DNA from: Anaeromyxobacteraceae bacterium
GTDB lineage: Bacteria; Myxococcota; Myxococcia; Myxococcales; Anaeromyxobacteraceae
Direction of reading: 5' to 3'
Assembly: GCA_047602405.1 (NCBI GenBank)
Contig: JASGHJ010000001.1
Span: forward strand, 256,001 to 320,000
Length of the DNA: 64,000 nucleotides
Numbering within the stretch: position 1 is the stretch's first letter; every line of letters starts with the position of its first letter. A program made the position numbers and the translations under genes. The notes below the pieces were generated by a model. The model was not told the origin of the DNA and ran no database searches. It saw only the letters and a list, made by a program, of their open reading frames with translations. Of this stretch, positions 1 to 10,547 are shown in pieces.

Positions 1-1
1 C

Positions 2-655
2 ACGGGCTTCTTCGTCTCTGCAGACGGGCGCATCGTCACGAATCACCACGTCGTGGAGGGCGCCAGCCGGCTCGTGGCCCTCGTGCAAGGCGGACGGAGG
101 CTCGCCGTCGTGGGCGTGCTCGCGCGCGACGAGGGCTCCGATCTGGCAGTGCTTCAGGCCGAGGCGGGCAGCTACCCGTTCCTGACGCTGGGAGGTGACG
201 AGTCGCTCGTGGTGGGCACGCCCGTGGCAGTGATCGGGAGCCCTGTCGGCCTGGAGGGCACGCTCTCCACAGGCATCGTGTCCGCGATCCGCAAGAACGG
301 GACGGATATCCACGGCGAGCAGAAGGCGAGCTGGCAACTGCAGATCACCGCCCCCATCTCGCCCGGATCGAGCGGCTCTCCGGTGCTGCTCGAGGACGGT
401 CGGGTGGTGGCCGTGGCGGTCGGCAAAGTACTCGGCGGAGAAGGGTTGAACTTCGCCATTCCGGCGACGCTCGCGACGGCCTTGCTGGCCCGCGTGGCCC
501 CGGGCGCGAAGCCAGAGCCGCTCCACGCGAGCACGGCGCTCGTCCGCAACCTGGCGATCTCGGCCGTGTTCTTCCTCGTCATCGCGGCCGGCTTCCGACT
601 TGGTCGTCGGACAGGCAGGGGTCGCGACGAGACGAGGTCGACCGCGCGTCACTGA
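2..655 (+). CDS. Trypsin-like S1C serine protease with C-terminal membrane anchor (5' truncated by window edge)
   Basis: Frame from base 2 reads TGFFVSADGRIVTNHHVV...DLAVL...ISPGSSGSPVL (His/Asp/Ser triad motifs); hydrophobic C-terminal segment. Confidence 0.85.
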   Translation, partial: TGFFVSADGRIVTNHHVVEGASRLVALVQGGRRLAVVGVLARDEGSDLAVLQAEAGSYPFLTLGGDESLVVGTPVAVIGSPVGLEGTLSTGIVSAIRKNGTDIHGEQKASWQLQITAPISPGSSGSPVLLEDGRVVAVAVGKVLGGEGLNFAIPATLATALLARVAPGAKPEPLHASTALVRNLAISAVFFLVIAAGFRLGRRTGRGRDETRSTARH

Positions 656-738
656 TCCGCGCGTCCGAGGGACTTTCCGAGACACGCTCGCCCCCCCGCC
701 CCCCCCACCCCGTCGGTCCCGCGCGCTAAGCTCGGCCC

Positions 739-1488
739 ATGAAGGTCGTCACCTGGAACGTGAACGGGGTCCGCGCCCGCGAGGCGCAGGTCCTCGACCT
801 CCTCGCCCGCGAGCGGCCGGACGTGCTCTGCCTGCAGGAGCTCAAGGCGCCGCCCGAGAAGATCCCCCCGGCGCTCCAGGCGCTCGAGGGCTACCACGGC
901 ATCTGGCACGGCGAGACCGCGTACTCCGGCGTGAGCCTGCACGTTCGCGCCGAGCACTGCCCGGCGCCGCCCGCCTTCGTGCACCCGCCCTTCGACCTCG
1001 AGACGCGCATCGCGGCGGCCGAGGTGGCGGGCGTCACCTTCGCCTCGGTCTACGTCCCGAACGGCGGGAAGGACCTCGTGGCGAAGATGACGTTCCTCGC
1101 GGCGCTCGAGGCGTGGGCCGCCGCGCTCGCCTCGGAGGGGCGGCGCCTCGTCGTGTGCGGCGACCTCAACGTCGCCCTCACCGACCGTGACGTCCACCCC
1201 AAGGAGCGCAAGCCCGGCGTCATCGGCCAGCGCGAGGACGAGCGCGCGCTCCTCGGCGCGGTGATCGGGCGCGGGCTCGTGGACCTCGGCCGGGCCGCCG
1301 CGCCGGACGACGACGGCCTCTTCACGTGGTGGGCGCCGTGGCGGAACATGCGCCAGCGCAACATCGGCTGGCGCATCGACTACGTGCTCGCGAGCGCGGC
1401 GCTCGCGGAGGTCCCCCGCTGCCGGGTGATGGCCGACTTCGGGACGAGCGACCACGCACCGGTCGTGGCCGAGCTGCCCGCGCCCTGA
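739..1488 (+). CDS. xth: Exodeoxyribonuclease III / AP endonuclease
   Basis: TWNVNG, LCLQELK, YVPNG, GDLNVA, GWRIDY and SDHAPV motifs. Confidence 0.92.
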   Translation: MKVVTWNVNGVRAREAQVLDLLARERPDVLCLQELKAPPEKIPPALQALEGYHGIWHGETAYSGVSLHVRAEHCPAPPAFVHPPFDLETRIAAAEVAGVTFASVYVPNGGKDLVAKMTFLAALEAWAAALASEGRRLVVCGDLNVALTDRDVHPKERKPGVIGQREDERALLGAVIGRGLVDLGRAAAPDDDGLFTWWAPWRNMRQRNIGWRIDYVLASAALAEVPRCRVMADFGTSDHAPVVAELPAP

Positions 1489-1508
1489 GCCGCGTGGCTT
1501 GAGTGCGA

Positions 1509-1548
1509 TCAACTGGCGCGACGCATCGCGCCAATTGACATGCAATTG
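1509..1548. promoter_or_regulatory. Overlapping inverted repeats containing a TTGACA hexamer upstream of the acyl-CoA dehydrogenase operon
   Basis: TCAACTGGCGCGA-cgca-TCGCGCCAATTGA (1509-1538, one mismatch) and CAATTG-acatg-CAATTG (1532-1548); TTGACA at 1535-1540. Confidence 0.4.
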
Positions 1549-1702
1549 CGTCGATTCGTCGCAGCCCGATTGGCGCGCGGCGCATTGCCATTCCCGCGTG
1601 CGCGCGACTACCTTCGCGCCCGTTCCCGTCACCGCAGGCCAGCCACGCACGCCGCCTCTCCGAGCCCCGTGCGCGTGCGGCAGCCCCGCGCAGGAGAGCC
1701 CC

Positions 1703-3928
1703 ATGTCCACCGCCGCCACGAAGCCCGTCGCCGAGACCCTCCGCACCCTGCCGGGCGACGACGTCCGCCAGCTCATGTGGCGGTTCGCCGACCGTTACGA
1801 CCTCCAGATGCTCGTGCAGTCGGCGCGCGGCGTGGCGCGCGGCCCGGTCGCCCGGCTCGTCGCCGAGGGCGGCCGCAACGAGCACGACTGGACGGCGCGC
1901 AAGAACGAGCTCCTCGGCCACTACGACGCCTCGGGCATCACCGGCGCGTTCATGGAGCCGGAGGAGGGCGGCTTCATCGCGGGGCCGAAGAACCTCGCGC
2001 TCTCCCTCTCGGCCTTCGAGCTCGCCTGGGTCGACGCCGGCGCCGCCACCGGCGCGCTCGCCGGCTTCCTCGGCCTCTCGCCGATCCACGAGCGCGGCAC
2101 CGCCGAGCAGAAGCAGCACTACATGAGCCTCGCCGCCCCGCCGCAGCCGGGCGAGGACCGCAAGCCCTGGCGCGCCGCCTTCGCGCTCACCGAGCCCATC
2201 CCGTACGTGGGCGTCGACACCGGCATGCTGAACGGCAAGGTCCGCGTCGCGGAGTGGAAGGACGGCGAGGAGCCGATGCTGCAGGTGGAGAAGCGCGGCC
2301 GCTTCATCACCAACATGGGCTTCGCGAACTTCGTCACCGCGGCGGTCGACACCGACGATCCGCGGGTGAAGTCCTCCTGCCTCGTGATCCTGGAGGAGGG
2401 CGACCCGGGCACCTTCGACCGCGGCACGCCCACGAAGAAGCTCGTCCACCAGCTCTCCTCCACGAACGACCCGATCTTCAGCCTGCGCATCCCGGCGAGT
2501 CGGATCGTGGGCGGCTACACGGTGAAGGACGGCGTGATCGTCCCGAACTACGACCACTCCGAGGTGATCGAGGCCGTGTTCCGCCGCACCCGCGTCACGG
2601 TGGGCGTCATGACCGCCGCGAAGCTCCTCAGCGCGGTCGAGCCCATCATCCGCTACCAGCGCGGCCGCTTCCGCGGCGCGGAGCAGGCGGCGCCCGGCTC
2701 GATCCGCTACGAGCTCGGCATCCAGCAGCGCGCCGACGCGCTCCACCGGCTCGTCGAGGTGTGGGCCACCGGCGAGGCCGCCGCGTCCCTGGGCTTCCAG
2801 ACCGCCCGCCTCTTCGACGCGCTCGACCCGCTCGAGAAGCAGAAGGACGCGCTCCTGGCCGAGCAGAAGATCTCCGGCGCGAAGGCGACCTTGAAGTGGC
2901 TGAAGCTCGTCGAGAAGGGCGCGCTCGAGCTCCTCGAGCTCAAGGCGCACCCGCGCGGCCCCCGCGAGGACGCCCGCATCGCCGAGCTCGAGGCCGACGA
3001 GATGGTGCGCTTCATCCTCCTCGACTCCGCCGCGAACGTGCTCTGCCCGGCGACGAAGCTCTGGAACACCGGCGTCGGCGCGACCGTCATGCGCGAGGCC
3101 GTGTCGCTGATGGGCGGCTACGGCATCACCGAGGACTGCCCCGGCTTCCTGGGCCAGAAGTGGATGGACGCCCAGCTCGAGGCCACCTACGAGGGGCCGG
3201 AGGCGGTGCAGCGCCGCCAGCTGTCGGTGACGATGTCGAACCCGGTGTTCCTCGCGCAGCTGAAGTCCTGGCTCCGCGAGCTCCGCCACGTCGCCGGCAC
3301 GCACCCCGGCACCGGCGCCTGCGCGCTCGCCACCGCGCTCGACCTGTGGCTCTGGACCCACCGGCACCTCGAGGGCGCGAAGGACGCCGACGGCAAGGGG
3401 CTCATGCAGGCCCCGCGGCAGGGCGTCACCTTCAAGCTCGCCGACGCGCTCGCCTGGCTCGTCGCCGCGCGCGCGCAGGTGCTCGACGCGGTCGAGCTCG
3501 CCGATCACGGCCAGGCGATCCTCGGCGACGCGCACGCCTCGACCGCGCGCTTCTTCGCCGACCTCTGCCACGTGCAGATCGCGCGGGCGTCGGGCGAGGT
3601 CGGCCGCATCTGCGCCGAGCTCGTGCACGGCTACAACCGCCACCCGCAGTGGGACGACGGGGGGCGCGTGGCCTGCTGGTCGGCGAACGACGCCGAGGCG
3701 CTCGAGGGCATCGTGCCCGGGCTCGCGGGCTGCTCCTACGACGTCCTGCCCGACGGCAGCCACCCGGACAAGGAGGGCCCCTGCGCCTCCTGCCGCGGCA
3801 TCACCGACTTCCGCAACCTGCGCGCGAAGCTCGACGGCTGCCTCTCCGGCGCCGGGCTCTCGAAGGACCGCGCCGCCGAGGCCGTCTCGCGGGTGATGAT
3901 CCCCGAGGCGCTCGACTACCCGCGGTAG
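1703..3928 (+). CDS. Large acyl-CoA dehydrogenase family protein
   Basis: AFALTEP, RFITN, AVSLMGGYG and TYEGPEAVQR motifs; GGAGAG RBS before ATG 1703. Confidence 0.88.
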   Translation: MSTAATKPVAETLRTLPGDDVRQLMWRFADRYDLQMLVQSARGVARGPVARLVAEGGRNEHDWTARKNELLGHYDASGITGAFMEPEEGGFIAGPKNLALSLSAFELAWVDAGAATGALAGFLGLSPIHERGTAEQKQHYMSLAAPPQPGEDRKPWRAAFALTEPIPYVGVDTGMLNGKVRVAEWKDGEEPMLQVEKRGRFITNMGFANFVTAAVDTDDPRVKSSCLVILEEGDPGTFDRGTPTKKLVHQLSSTNDPIFSLRIPASRIVGGYTVKDGVIVPNYDHSEVIEAVFRRTRVTVGVMTAAKLLSAVEPIIRYQRGRFRGAEQAAPGSIRYELGIQQRADALHRLVEVWATGEAAASLGFQTARLFDALDPLEKQKDALLAEQKISGAKATLKWLKLVEKGALELLELKAHPRGPREDARIAELEADEMVRFILLDSAANVLCPATKLWNTGVGATVMREAVSLMGGYGITEDCPGFLGQKWMDAQLEATYEGPEAVQRRQLSVTMSNPVFLAQLKSWLRELRHVAGTHPGTGACALATALDLWLWTHRHLEGAKDADGKGLMQAPRQGVTFKLADALAWLVAARAQVLDAVELADHGQAILGDAHASTARFFADLCHVQIARASGEVGRICAELVHGYNRHPQWDDGGRVACWSANDAEALEGIVPGLAGCSYDVLPDGSHPDKEGPCASCRGITDFRNLRAKLDGCLSGAGLSKDRAAEAVSRVMIPEALDYPR

Positions 3929-3936
3929 GGGGCGCC

Positions 3937-5802
3937 ATGGGCACCGAGATCGACCCGGGCGCGCAGCCCGAGCGCGCCAGCCTCGCCGTGGACATCGCCT
4001 GCGTCGGCTTCGGGCCGGCGGCGGCGGGCTTCCTCACCACCCTCTCCCGCCGGCTCGCCGACGCCGGGAAGCCGCCGCTCGAGAGCCGGGCGTCGCCCGG
4101 CCTGCCGCTGCAGGTCGTGTGCTACGAGCGCGCCGACGACCCCGGCTTCGGCGTGTCGGGCGTCGTGACCCGCGGGCGCGGCATCTCCGCCGCGTTCCCC
4201 GATCTCGACGTCTCGCAGATCCCGATGGCCGCGCGCGTCGGCGAGGAGAAGGTGCTTTACCTCCTCGACCCCGTGGGCGCGAGCCGCCGCTCCGCCGCGA
4301 TGAAGGCGGCCGACGCCTCGGTCCGCGCCATGGGCGCGGTGCTCGGCCTCGCCGACCACGCGCTGGAGCTCCCCTGGACGCCGGAGTTCCTCCACAAGGA
4401 GGGCGGCTTCGTCTTCTCGATGGGCCAGCTCATGCAGTGGGTCGCCGGGCAGGTGCTCGCGACCGGCACGGTGCAGCTGTGGCCCGCCACGCCCGCCGCG
4501 GAGGCGTTGCTCGACGGCCGGCGCGTGCTCGGCGTGCGGCTCGCCGACCAGGGCGTCGACCGCGCCGGCAAGCCCGAGGCCGCGTTCATGCCGGGCATGG
4601 ACGTGCACGCGGGGCTCACCGTGGTGGCGGACGGGCCGGTCGGCGCGGTGGGGCGCCAGCTCGACGCCGCGCTCGGGATGCCCGCGGGGAACGCCCGGCG
4701 CGACTGGGCCGTCGGCATGAAGCTCGTCGTGGACCTCCCGGAGAAGTGCACGCTCGAGCCCGGGACCGTGCTCCACACCATCGGCTTCCCCGAGCCGGAG
4801 ATCTTCGGCTTCCTCTACGTGCACCCGGGCCGCGTCGCCTCGGTCGGCATCTTCGTGCCGAGCTGGTTCGAGTCGCCGGTGCGCACGAGCTACCGGTACC
4901 TGCAGCACTATGTCCGCCACCCGGCGCTGTGGAAGCACCTCGAGGGCGGGCGGCTCCGCTCCTGGGGCGCGAAGTCGATCCTCGAGTCCGGCCGCCGCGG
5001 CGAGCCGCTGCTCGCGGGCGACGGCTTCGCGCGCATCGGCGAGGGCTCCGGCGCGACGAACGTGCTCACGAACTCCGGCGTGGACGAGGCGTTCACGACC
5101 GGCACGCTGCTCGCCGAGGGCGTCATCGAGCTCCTCGAGGCGGGCAAGCCCTTCACGAAGGAGCACCTCGACGACGCCTACGTCGCGCGCCGCCGGGCGA
5201 GCTGGGTCGAGGCGGAGGGGCGCGTCGCCGAGAAGGCCCGCGACGGCTTCCAGAAGGGCACCGTGACCGGCCTCCTCGGGATGGCGCTCGCGGGGATCAC
5301 CGGCGGGAAGGTCGCGCTCGGCGAGGAGCCACCGCACCCGGCCGACGCGATCGGCACGGTCGAGGGCTTCTACCGGGGCCGGCTCGCGCCGGCGGAGATC
5401 GCGCGGATCCGCGCGGAGTGCGAGGCGAAGGCCGTGCCGCTCCACGACGCGCTCATGGACGCGGCCGGCTGGCCGCCGGTGGAGCTCGACGGGCAGCTCC
5501 TCGTGACCCAGCAGGACGCGCTCCTCATGGGCGGCAAGGTGCAGGCGCCCCCGGGCTACGCGGACCACGTCGTGTTCCTGAGGCCGGAGGTCTGCCGGGC
5601 CTGCGACCGGAAGGTCTGCTTCGAGATCTGCTCGGCGGAGGCGATCCGCCCGGGCGAGGGCGGCGTGCCGGCCTTCGACCGCGAGAAGTGCGTGCACTGC
5701 GGCGCCTGCCTGTGGAGCTGCACCGGCCGCCTCGACGGCACCGACGAGGTCAACCTCTCCTTCCGCGCCGGCGCGGGAGGGCTTCACTCAGCGGAGAATT
5801 AG
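3937..5802 (+). CDS. ETF:quinone oxidoreductase-like (FixC-type flavoprotein with fused 4Fe-4S ferredoxin)
   Basis: N-terminal VGFGPAA FAD motif; C-terminal CRAC...CFEIC and CVHCGACLWSC; lies between ACAD and ETF genes. Confidence 0.8.
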   Translation: MGTEIDPGAQPERASLAVDIACVGFGPAAAGFLTTLSRRLADAGKPPLESRASPGLPLQVVCYERADDPGFGVSGVVTRGRGISAAFPDLDVSQIPMAARVGEEKVLYLLDPVGASRRSAAMKAADASVRAMGAVLGLADHALELPWTPEFLHKEGGFVFSMGQLMQWVAGQVLATGTVQLWPATPAAEALLDGRRVLGVRLADQGVDRAGKPEAAFMPGMDVHAGLTVVADGPVGAVGRQLDAALGMPAGNARRDWAVGMKLVVDLPEKCTLEPGTVLHTIGFPEPEIFGFLYVHPGRVASVGIFVPSWFESPVRTSYRYLQHYVRHPALWKHLEGGRLRSWGAKSILESGRRGEPLLAGDGFARIGEGSGATNVLTNSGVDEAFTTGTLLAEGVIELLEAGKPFTKEHLDDAYVARRRASWVEAEGRVAEKARDGFQKGTVTGLLGMALAGITGGKVALGEEPPHPADAIGTVEGFYRGRLAPAEIARIRAECEAKAVPLHDALMDAAGWPPVELDGQLLVTQQDALLMGGKVQAPPGYADHVVFLRPEVCRACDRKVCFEICSAEAIRPGEGGVPAFDREKCVHCGACLWSCTGRLDGTDEVNLSFRAGAGGLHSAEN

Positions 5803-5804
5803 CC

Positions 5805-6614
5805 ATGACCGGGTTCCACATCGTCGTGCTCGGCAGCGTCGTGCCCGACCCGCTGCAGGTGCTCGAGCCCGTCTCGACGCCCGCCGGGCCGGGGCTCAAG
5901 AACGAGGCGATGCTGCCGGCGGTGCTCGACCCGTGGGCGGCCAGCGCGCTCTACGAGGCCGCGGCGCTCGCGGCCGCGGCGCCGGGCTCGAAGGTGACCC
6001 TCGTCGCGCTCGGCCCGAAGGCGAAGCTGCAGCAGGTCATGATGGCGGTCGGGCAGAAGGTGCCGTTCGAGCTCGTCGCGCTCGACGGGCCGGCCGGCGG
6101 CTTCACCGATGCGCACGAGGTCGCCGCGAGGCTGGCCGCCGCCGTGAGGGCGCTGCCCGGGCTCGACCTCTCGCGGCTGCTCCTCTTCGGCGGCTGGGAG
6201 TCGGCCTCGCGCTCGGCGGGCGTGACGCTCCAGCTCGTGGGCGAGGCGCTCGGCCTCGCCGAGCAGTTCCAGGGCGTCGACCGCCTCGCGCTCCGGCCCG
6301 ACGGCTCCTTCGAGGTGCTCGAGCGCGTCGAGGGCGGCAAGCACCAGGTGTCGGTGTGCCAGGGTGCGCCCGCGGTGCTCGGCTGGGCGACCGGCGAGCG
6401 GCCCGAGCCCAAGAACAACCCGCAGGTCGGCATGGCCAACATGCGCGGCATCATGCCCGCCCTGCAGAAGGCGGCGGCCGCCCCGGTGGGCGTCGGCGGC
6501 CAGGCGTTCGCCACGGTGCAGGTGCCGAGGGTGACGCGCGAGACGAAGGTCGTGAAGGACGCCACCCCCGACGCCATCGCGGCGGAGCTCGCCGCGTGGA
6601 TCCGCCAGGACTGA
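5805..6614 (+). CDS. etfB: Electron transfer flavoprotein beta subunit (divergent)
   Basis: VVPDP...LDPWAASALYEA, LLLFGGWESAS; operon position. Confidence 0.75.
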   Translation: MTGFHIVVLGSVVPDPLQVLEPVSTPAGPGLKNEAMLPAVLDPWAASALYEAAALAAAAPGSKVTLVALGPKAKLQQVMMAVGQKVPFELVALDGPAGGFTDAHEVAARLAAAVRALPGLDLSRLLLFGGWESASRSAGVTLQLVGEALGLAEQFQGVDRLALRPDGSFEVLERVEGGKHQVSVCQGAPAVLGWATGERPEPKNNPQVGMANMRGIMPALQKAAAAPVGVGGQAFATVQVPRVTRETKVVKDATPDAIAAELAAWIRQD

Positions 6615-6634
6615 GAGAGGACCGGAGACCCGCC

Positions 6635-7642
6635 ATGGAGAACGTGCTCGTCCTCGCCCACCCCGACGCCCAGGGCGCCCTCCCGAGGGCCGCGCTCGAG
6701 GCCCTGTCCGCCGCGCGCGTGCTCGCCGCCGGCGGCACCGTCACCGCCGCGGTCCTCGGCGCCGATCCCGCGGCCGCCGCCGCGACGCTCGCCGCCGCCG
6801 GCGTCGCGAAGGTGCTCGTCGCCCGCGACCCCGCCCTCGCGACGGCCCGGTACGCCACCGACGCGGCGGCCGCCGCGGCGCTCGTGAAGGCCTCCGGCGC
6901 CACCGTCGTCGTCGCCCCCGCCACCTCCCGCCTCGCCCGCGTCGCCGCCGGCGTGGCCGCCCGGGTCGGCGGCAAGGTCGACAGCCACGTCGCCGCCGTC
7001 ACGCCGGAGGGCGCCATCACCCGCTGGACGTACCGGCAGCGCATCGAGGCGACCTTGAAGCGGAGCGAGCGCCCGTGGCTGTTGCTGGTGGACCCCGGCG
7101 CGTTCCCGGCCGCCGCGCCGGCGGGCGGGGCCGCGCCCGTCGAGGACGTCGCGATCGCGCTCCCCGCGTCGCGGACCACCGTCGAGGGCGAGCGCGCGCC
7201 CGCCTCCGGCGAGCAGACCATCAAGCCCGACGCGAAGCTGCTGTTCGTCGCCGGCGCGGGGTGGACGAAGAAGCAGGCCGACGGCCAGCTGCACGCGGAG
7301 GAGGCCGAGGGGCTCGTGAAGGGCTTCCTCGCCGGGTCCGGCGCGTCGCTCGGCTCGTCGAAGTCGCTCGTGGACCAGGCCGGCGAGGGCCACCGGGTCT
7401 TCGGCTTCATGACGCACCTCAACCAGATCGGCCAGACCGGCGCGACGCCCCGCCACGCGAAGGGCCTCTCCACCTGCTGCCACGGCGAGGAGCCCCACGT
7501 GGTCGGCTGGCGCTTCATCCGCGAGCGGCGAGCGGTGAGCCTCGACGCGAACTGCGGCTGGGCGCGCGGCAAGGCCGACGTCGTCTACGTGGCGGACGCG
7601 TTCCAGGTGATCGCGAAGCTCAACGCGCTCCTCGGCAGGTGA
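6635..7642 (+). CDS. etfA: Electron transfer flavoprotein alpha subunit (divergent)
   Basis: LFVAGAG, LGSSKSLVD, QIGQTG and ADVVYVADAF resemble the ETF-alpha FAD domain. Confidence 0.78.
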   Translation: MENVLVLAHPDAQGALPRAALEALSAARVLAAGGTVTAAVLGADPAAAAATLAAAGVAKVLVARDPALATARYATDAAAAAALVKASGATVVVAPATSRLARVAAGVAARVGGKVDSHVAAVTPEGAITRWTYRQRIEATLKRSERPWLLLVDPGAFPAAAPAGGAAPVEDVAIALPASRTTVEGERAPASGEQTIKPDAKLLFVAGAGWTKKQADGQLHAEEAEGLVKGFLAGSGASLGSSKSLVDQAGEGHRVFGFMTHLNQIGQTGATPRHAKGLSTCCHGEEPHVVGWRFIRERRAVSLDANCGWARGKADVVYVADAFQVIAKLNALLGR

Positions 7643-7754
7643 CCGGAGCGCGACCGGGTCTCGATGTGCCCTCGGTCCGGGCGGCCGCCGGCGCCGCGCG
7701 ACCGCGACCATGCGTCCGTTGCCCGGCCCGCGCGGCCCTGCTCTATCCGTGAGG

Positions 7755-9690
7755 GTGAGCGTGCAGCAGCACGAGGGCGACGACGCCCCGCGCAAGGCGG
7801 CCGGGCTCCCGGCCAGCGCGAAGTTCCGGCGGGCCCTCTTCACCGAGATCCTGGCGGGCGCGGGCATCCTGCTCGCCGCCGTCGCGGCGCTCGGCTGGCT
7901 GATCACGCGCGACGCGCTCGAGCGGCAGGCGTGGCTCCGCGCGCGCGAGGCCGCGGACCACCTCACGGGCGAGCTCGACCGCGAGCTCGAGGGCGTCGTG
8001 CACGTCGGGGAGACCCTCGAGACCTGGTGGCGCAGGGGCGACCTCGACCTCGACGCGCCCGAGCGGCTCGAGCGGCTCGTCCTCCCGCTGCTCGCCCGCC
8101 AGTCCTTCGTCTCCTCGATCAACTTCTGCCGCGCGGACGGCACCTCGGTCCTCCTCCTGCGCACCGGCGACGCTTGGAGCCGGCGCGTCATCCGCGACAC
8201 GGCGGAGGGCCACGCCGCCGCCTGGTGGCGCCGGGAGGGCCTGCGCGAGGTCATGGAGCCCTGGACGCCGACGTCCTACGACCCTCGCACGCGCGACTGG
8301 TACACCCGCGTGCGGGACGCCGGGGGGCCCCGCTGGTCGCCCCAGGCCTACCGCTTCATGACCACGAAGGATCCCGGGATCACCTTCTCGCTCCCGGTGC
8401 ACGACGAGGGCGTGCTCGCGGGCGTGATCGCGCTCGACGTCATGCTCGACGACCTGACCGGACGTGCGTGGTCGGCCCAGCCGACCCCGCGCACCCGGGT
8501 CACCATCGGCGACGCCGCCGGGCGGGCGCTGATCCTGCCGCGGCTGCCGGAGTATCTCTCCCGGGAGGCGCGGTTCCGCGACTTCCTCGAGCCGCTCGGC
8601 CCCACCCTGTCGCGCGAGCTCGCGGGGCTGCCCGGCGGCCTCGCCGCCGTGAGGGCGCCGGTCGAGGTGGCGTCCACCACGGCGGGCGAGCCCTTCTACG
8701 TCCTCGCGCGGCCGTACCGCGGCCCCGCGGGCCTGGACTGGCGGCTCGCCGTCGCGATCCCCGAGGCGGACATCCAGCAGGGCGCCGGCGCCCGCGGCGC
8801 CGGCGTGGTGGCGCTCGCCGCGCTCGGCCTCGCGCTCCTCGCCTGGCGCGCCCGCGCGGTCGCGGAGCGGTTCGGCCGGCCGCTCGACCGCCTCGCGGCC
8901 GCCCCCGCCCCCGAGGCCGCCCGGGGCGGGGGGCCCGGCCACGCGCCCACGCTCCCCGACGTGGCCCGCCTCGCCGACCGGTTCCTGGAGGAGCACGAGG
9001 CGCTCCGGGCGCGGCTGCGGGACAGCCAGCGCCGCGAGACGGTGGGGACGCTCGCGAGCGGGGTCGCCCACGACGTGAACAACCAGCTCACGGTGGTGCT
9101 CGCCCAGCTCGGGCTCGCCCTGGAGGAGCTCCCGCCCGGCCACCCCCTCGCCGCCGAGCTCCAGAATCGCCCGGGAGGCGGTGGTGCGGGGCGCGGAGAC
9201 CGCCCGCGCGCTCGTGTCCTACGCGCGCCCCACCCGCGGGGCCACGCCGGTGCCGATCAATCTCTCGACGCTCCTCGGGAACGTCGAGGTGCTGCTGTCG
9301 CGCGCGCTGCCGCGGAACCTCCGGCTCGAGCTCTCGGTGGAGCCGGGGCTCACGGTGCTCGGGCACGCCTCGCAGCTCGAGCAGGTCGTGGTGAACCTCG
9401 CGATGAACGCGCGGGACGCGATGCCCCGGGGCGGGGCGCTCTCGATCCGGGCGGCCGCGGACGGCGCCGGGTGGCTGCGCCTCGAGGTCCGCGACGAGGG
9501 CCTCGGCATGACGCCCGAGGTGATCGCGCGGGTGTTCGAGCCCTGGTTCACGACCAAGTCCGAGGGGCACGGCTCGGGCCTCGGGCTCCCGATGGTCCGG
9601 CACATCGTGCGCGACCACGGCGGACACCTCGCCCTCGAGAGCACCCCGGGCCAGGGCACCCGCATCGTGATCCGGCTGCCCCGCGCGTGA
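7755..9690 (+). CDS. Membrane sensor histidine kinase with Cache-like domain; +1 frameshift at ~9165 (probable sequencing error)
   Basis: Two TM segments, YDPRTRDWY Cache motif, H-box GVAHDVNNQL; NLAMNARDAM, DEGLGM, FTTK, GSGLGL continue in the +1 frame. Confidence 0.85.
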
Positions 9691-9749
9691 GCGGCCGCCC
9701 GACCGCCGGGGCCCGCCGTCCAGCCCGGGCCGGTGCTACCCTGCCACCC

Positions 9750-10547
9750 GTGGCCGGCCTCGACGACCTCGACCTCGGCGCGCTCTACCGGGCGCACATG
9801 GCGCGCACCACGCGCGGCGAGAAGCCACCCGCGGCCTGGGACGCGCGGGCGGCGGGCATGCGCGCCGCCGTCGAGGGGAGCGCCTACGCCGACGCGTTCC
9901 TGGCGCGGATGGACCTCGCGGGCTGCCGGACGCTCCTCGACGTCGGCTGCGGCCCGGGCACCCTCGCGCTCCCGCTCGCGCGGCGGCTCGAGCACGTCCA
10001 CGGGCTCGACCACAGCCCGGGCATGCTGGCCGCGCTCGCGGCGGGCGCCCGCGAGCGCGGGCTCACGAACGTCTCCGGCGTGCTGCGCGCCTGGGAGGAG
10101 CCCTGGGACGGCGTGCCGGTGTGCGACGTCGTGGTGGCCTCGCGGTCGATGCACGTCGCCGACATGGCGGACGCGCTCGCGAAGCTCGACGCCCACGCGC
10201 GCCGGCGCGTCTACCTCACCCACCGCGCCGGCGGCCGGCGCCTCGACGCCGCCGTGCTCGCCGCGCTGGGCAGGACCGTGGAGCCGCCGCCCGACTGGCT
10301 CTACGTGATCGCGCTGCTCCACCGGATGGGCGTCGCGCCGCGGCTCGACTTCATCGAGAGCCCGGGGAAGCTCGCGGGTTGCGCGGGGGCCGACGAGTTC
10401 GCGCGGCGCATGGAGTGGTCGGTCGGGCCGCTCGGCGAGGACGAGCGCGCGACGCTCCGCGGGCTGTGGGAGCGCGAGGGGCCGCGGCTCGTCGGCGAGC
10501 CGATCCGCTGGGCGTTCGTGGGCTGGGACGTCACGAACCCAGAGTAA
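9750..10547 (+). CDS. Class I SAM-dependent methyltransferase
   Basis: LLDVGCGPG motif I, GLDHSPGML; GTG start inferred. Confidence 0.82.
   Translation: MAGLDDLDLGALYRAHMARTTRGEKPPAAWDARAAGMRAAVEGSAYADAFLARMDLAGCRTLLDVGCGPGTLALPLARRLEHVHGLDHSPGMLAALAAGARERGLTNVSGVLRAWEEPWDGVPVCDVVVASRSMHVADMADALAKLDAHARRRVYLTHRAGGRRLDAAVLAALGRTVEPPPDWLYVIALLHRMGVAPRLDFIESPGKLAGCAGADEFARRMEWSVGPLGEDERATLRGLWEREGPRLVGEPIRWAFVGWDVTNPE

Noticed and set aside
7710..10547. 945-aa kinase-methyltransferase fusion in the ORF track
   Set aside because: Artefact of the +1 shift at ~9165; the kinase ends at 9690 and the methyltransferase is separate.
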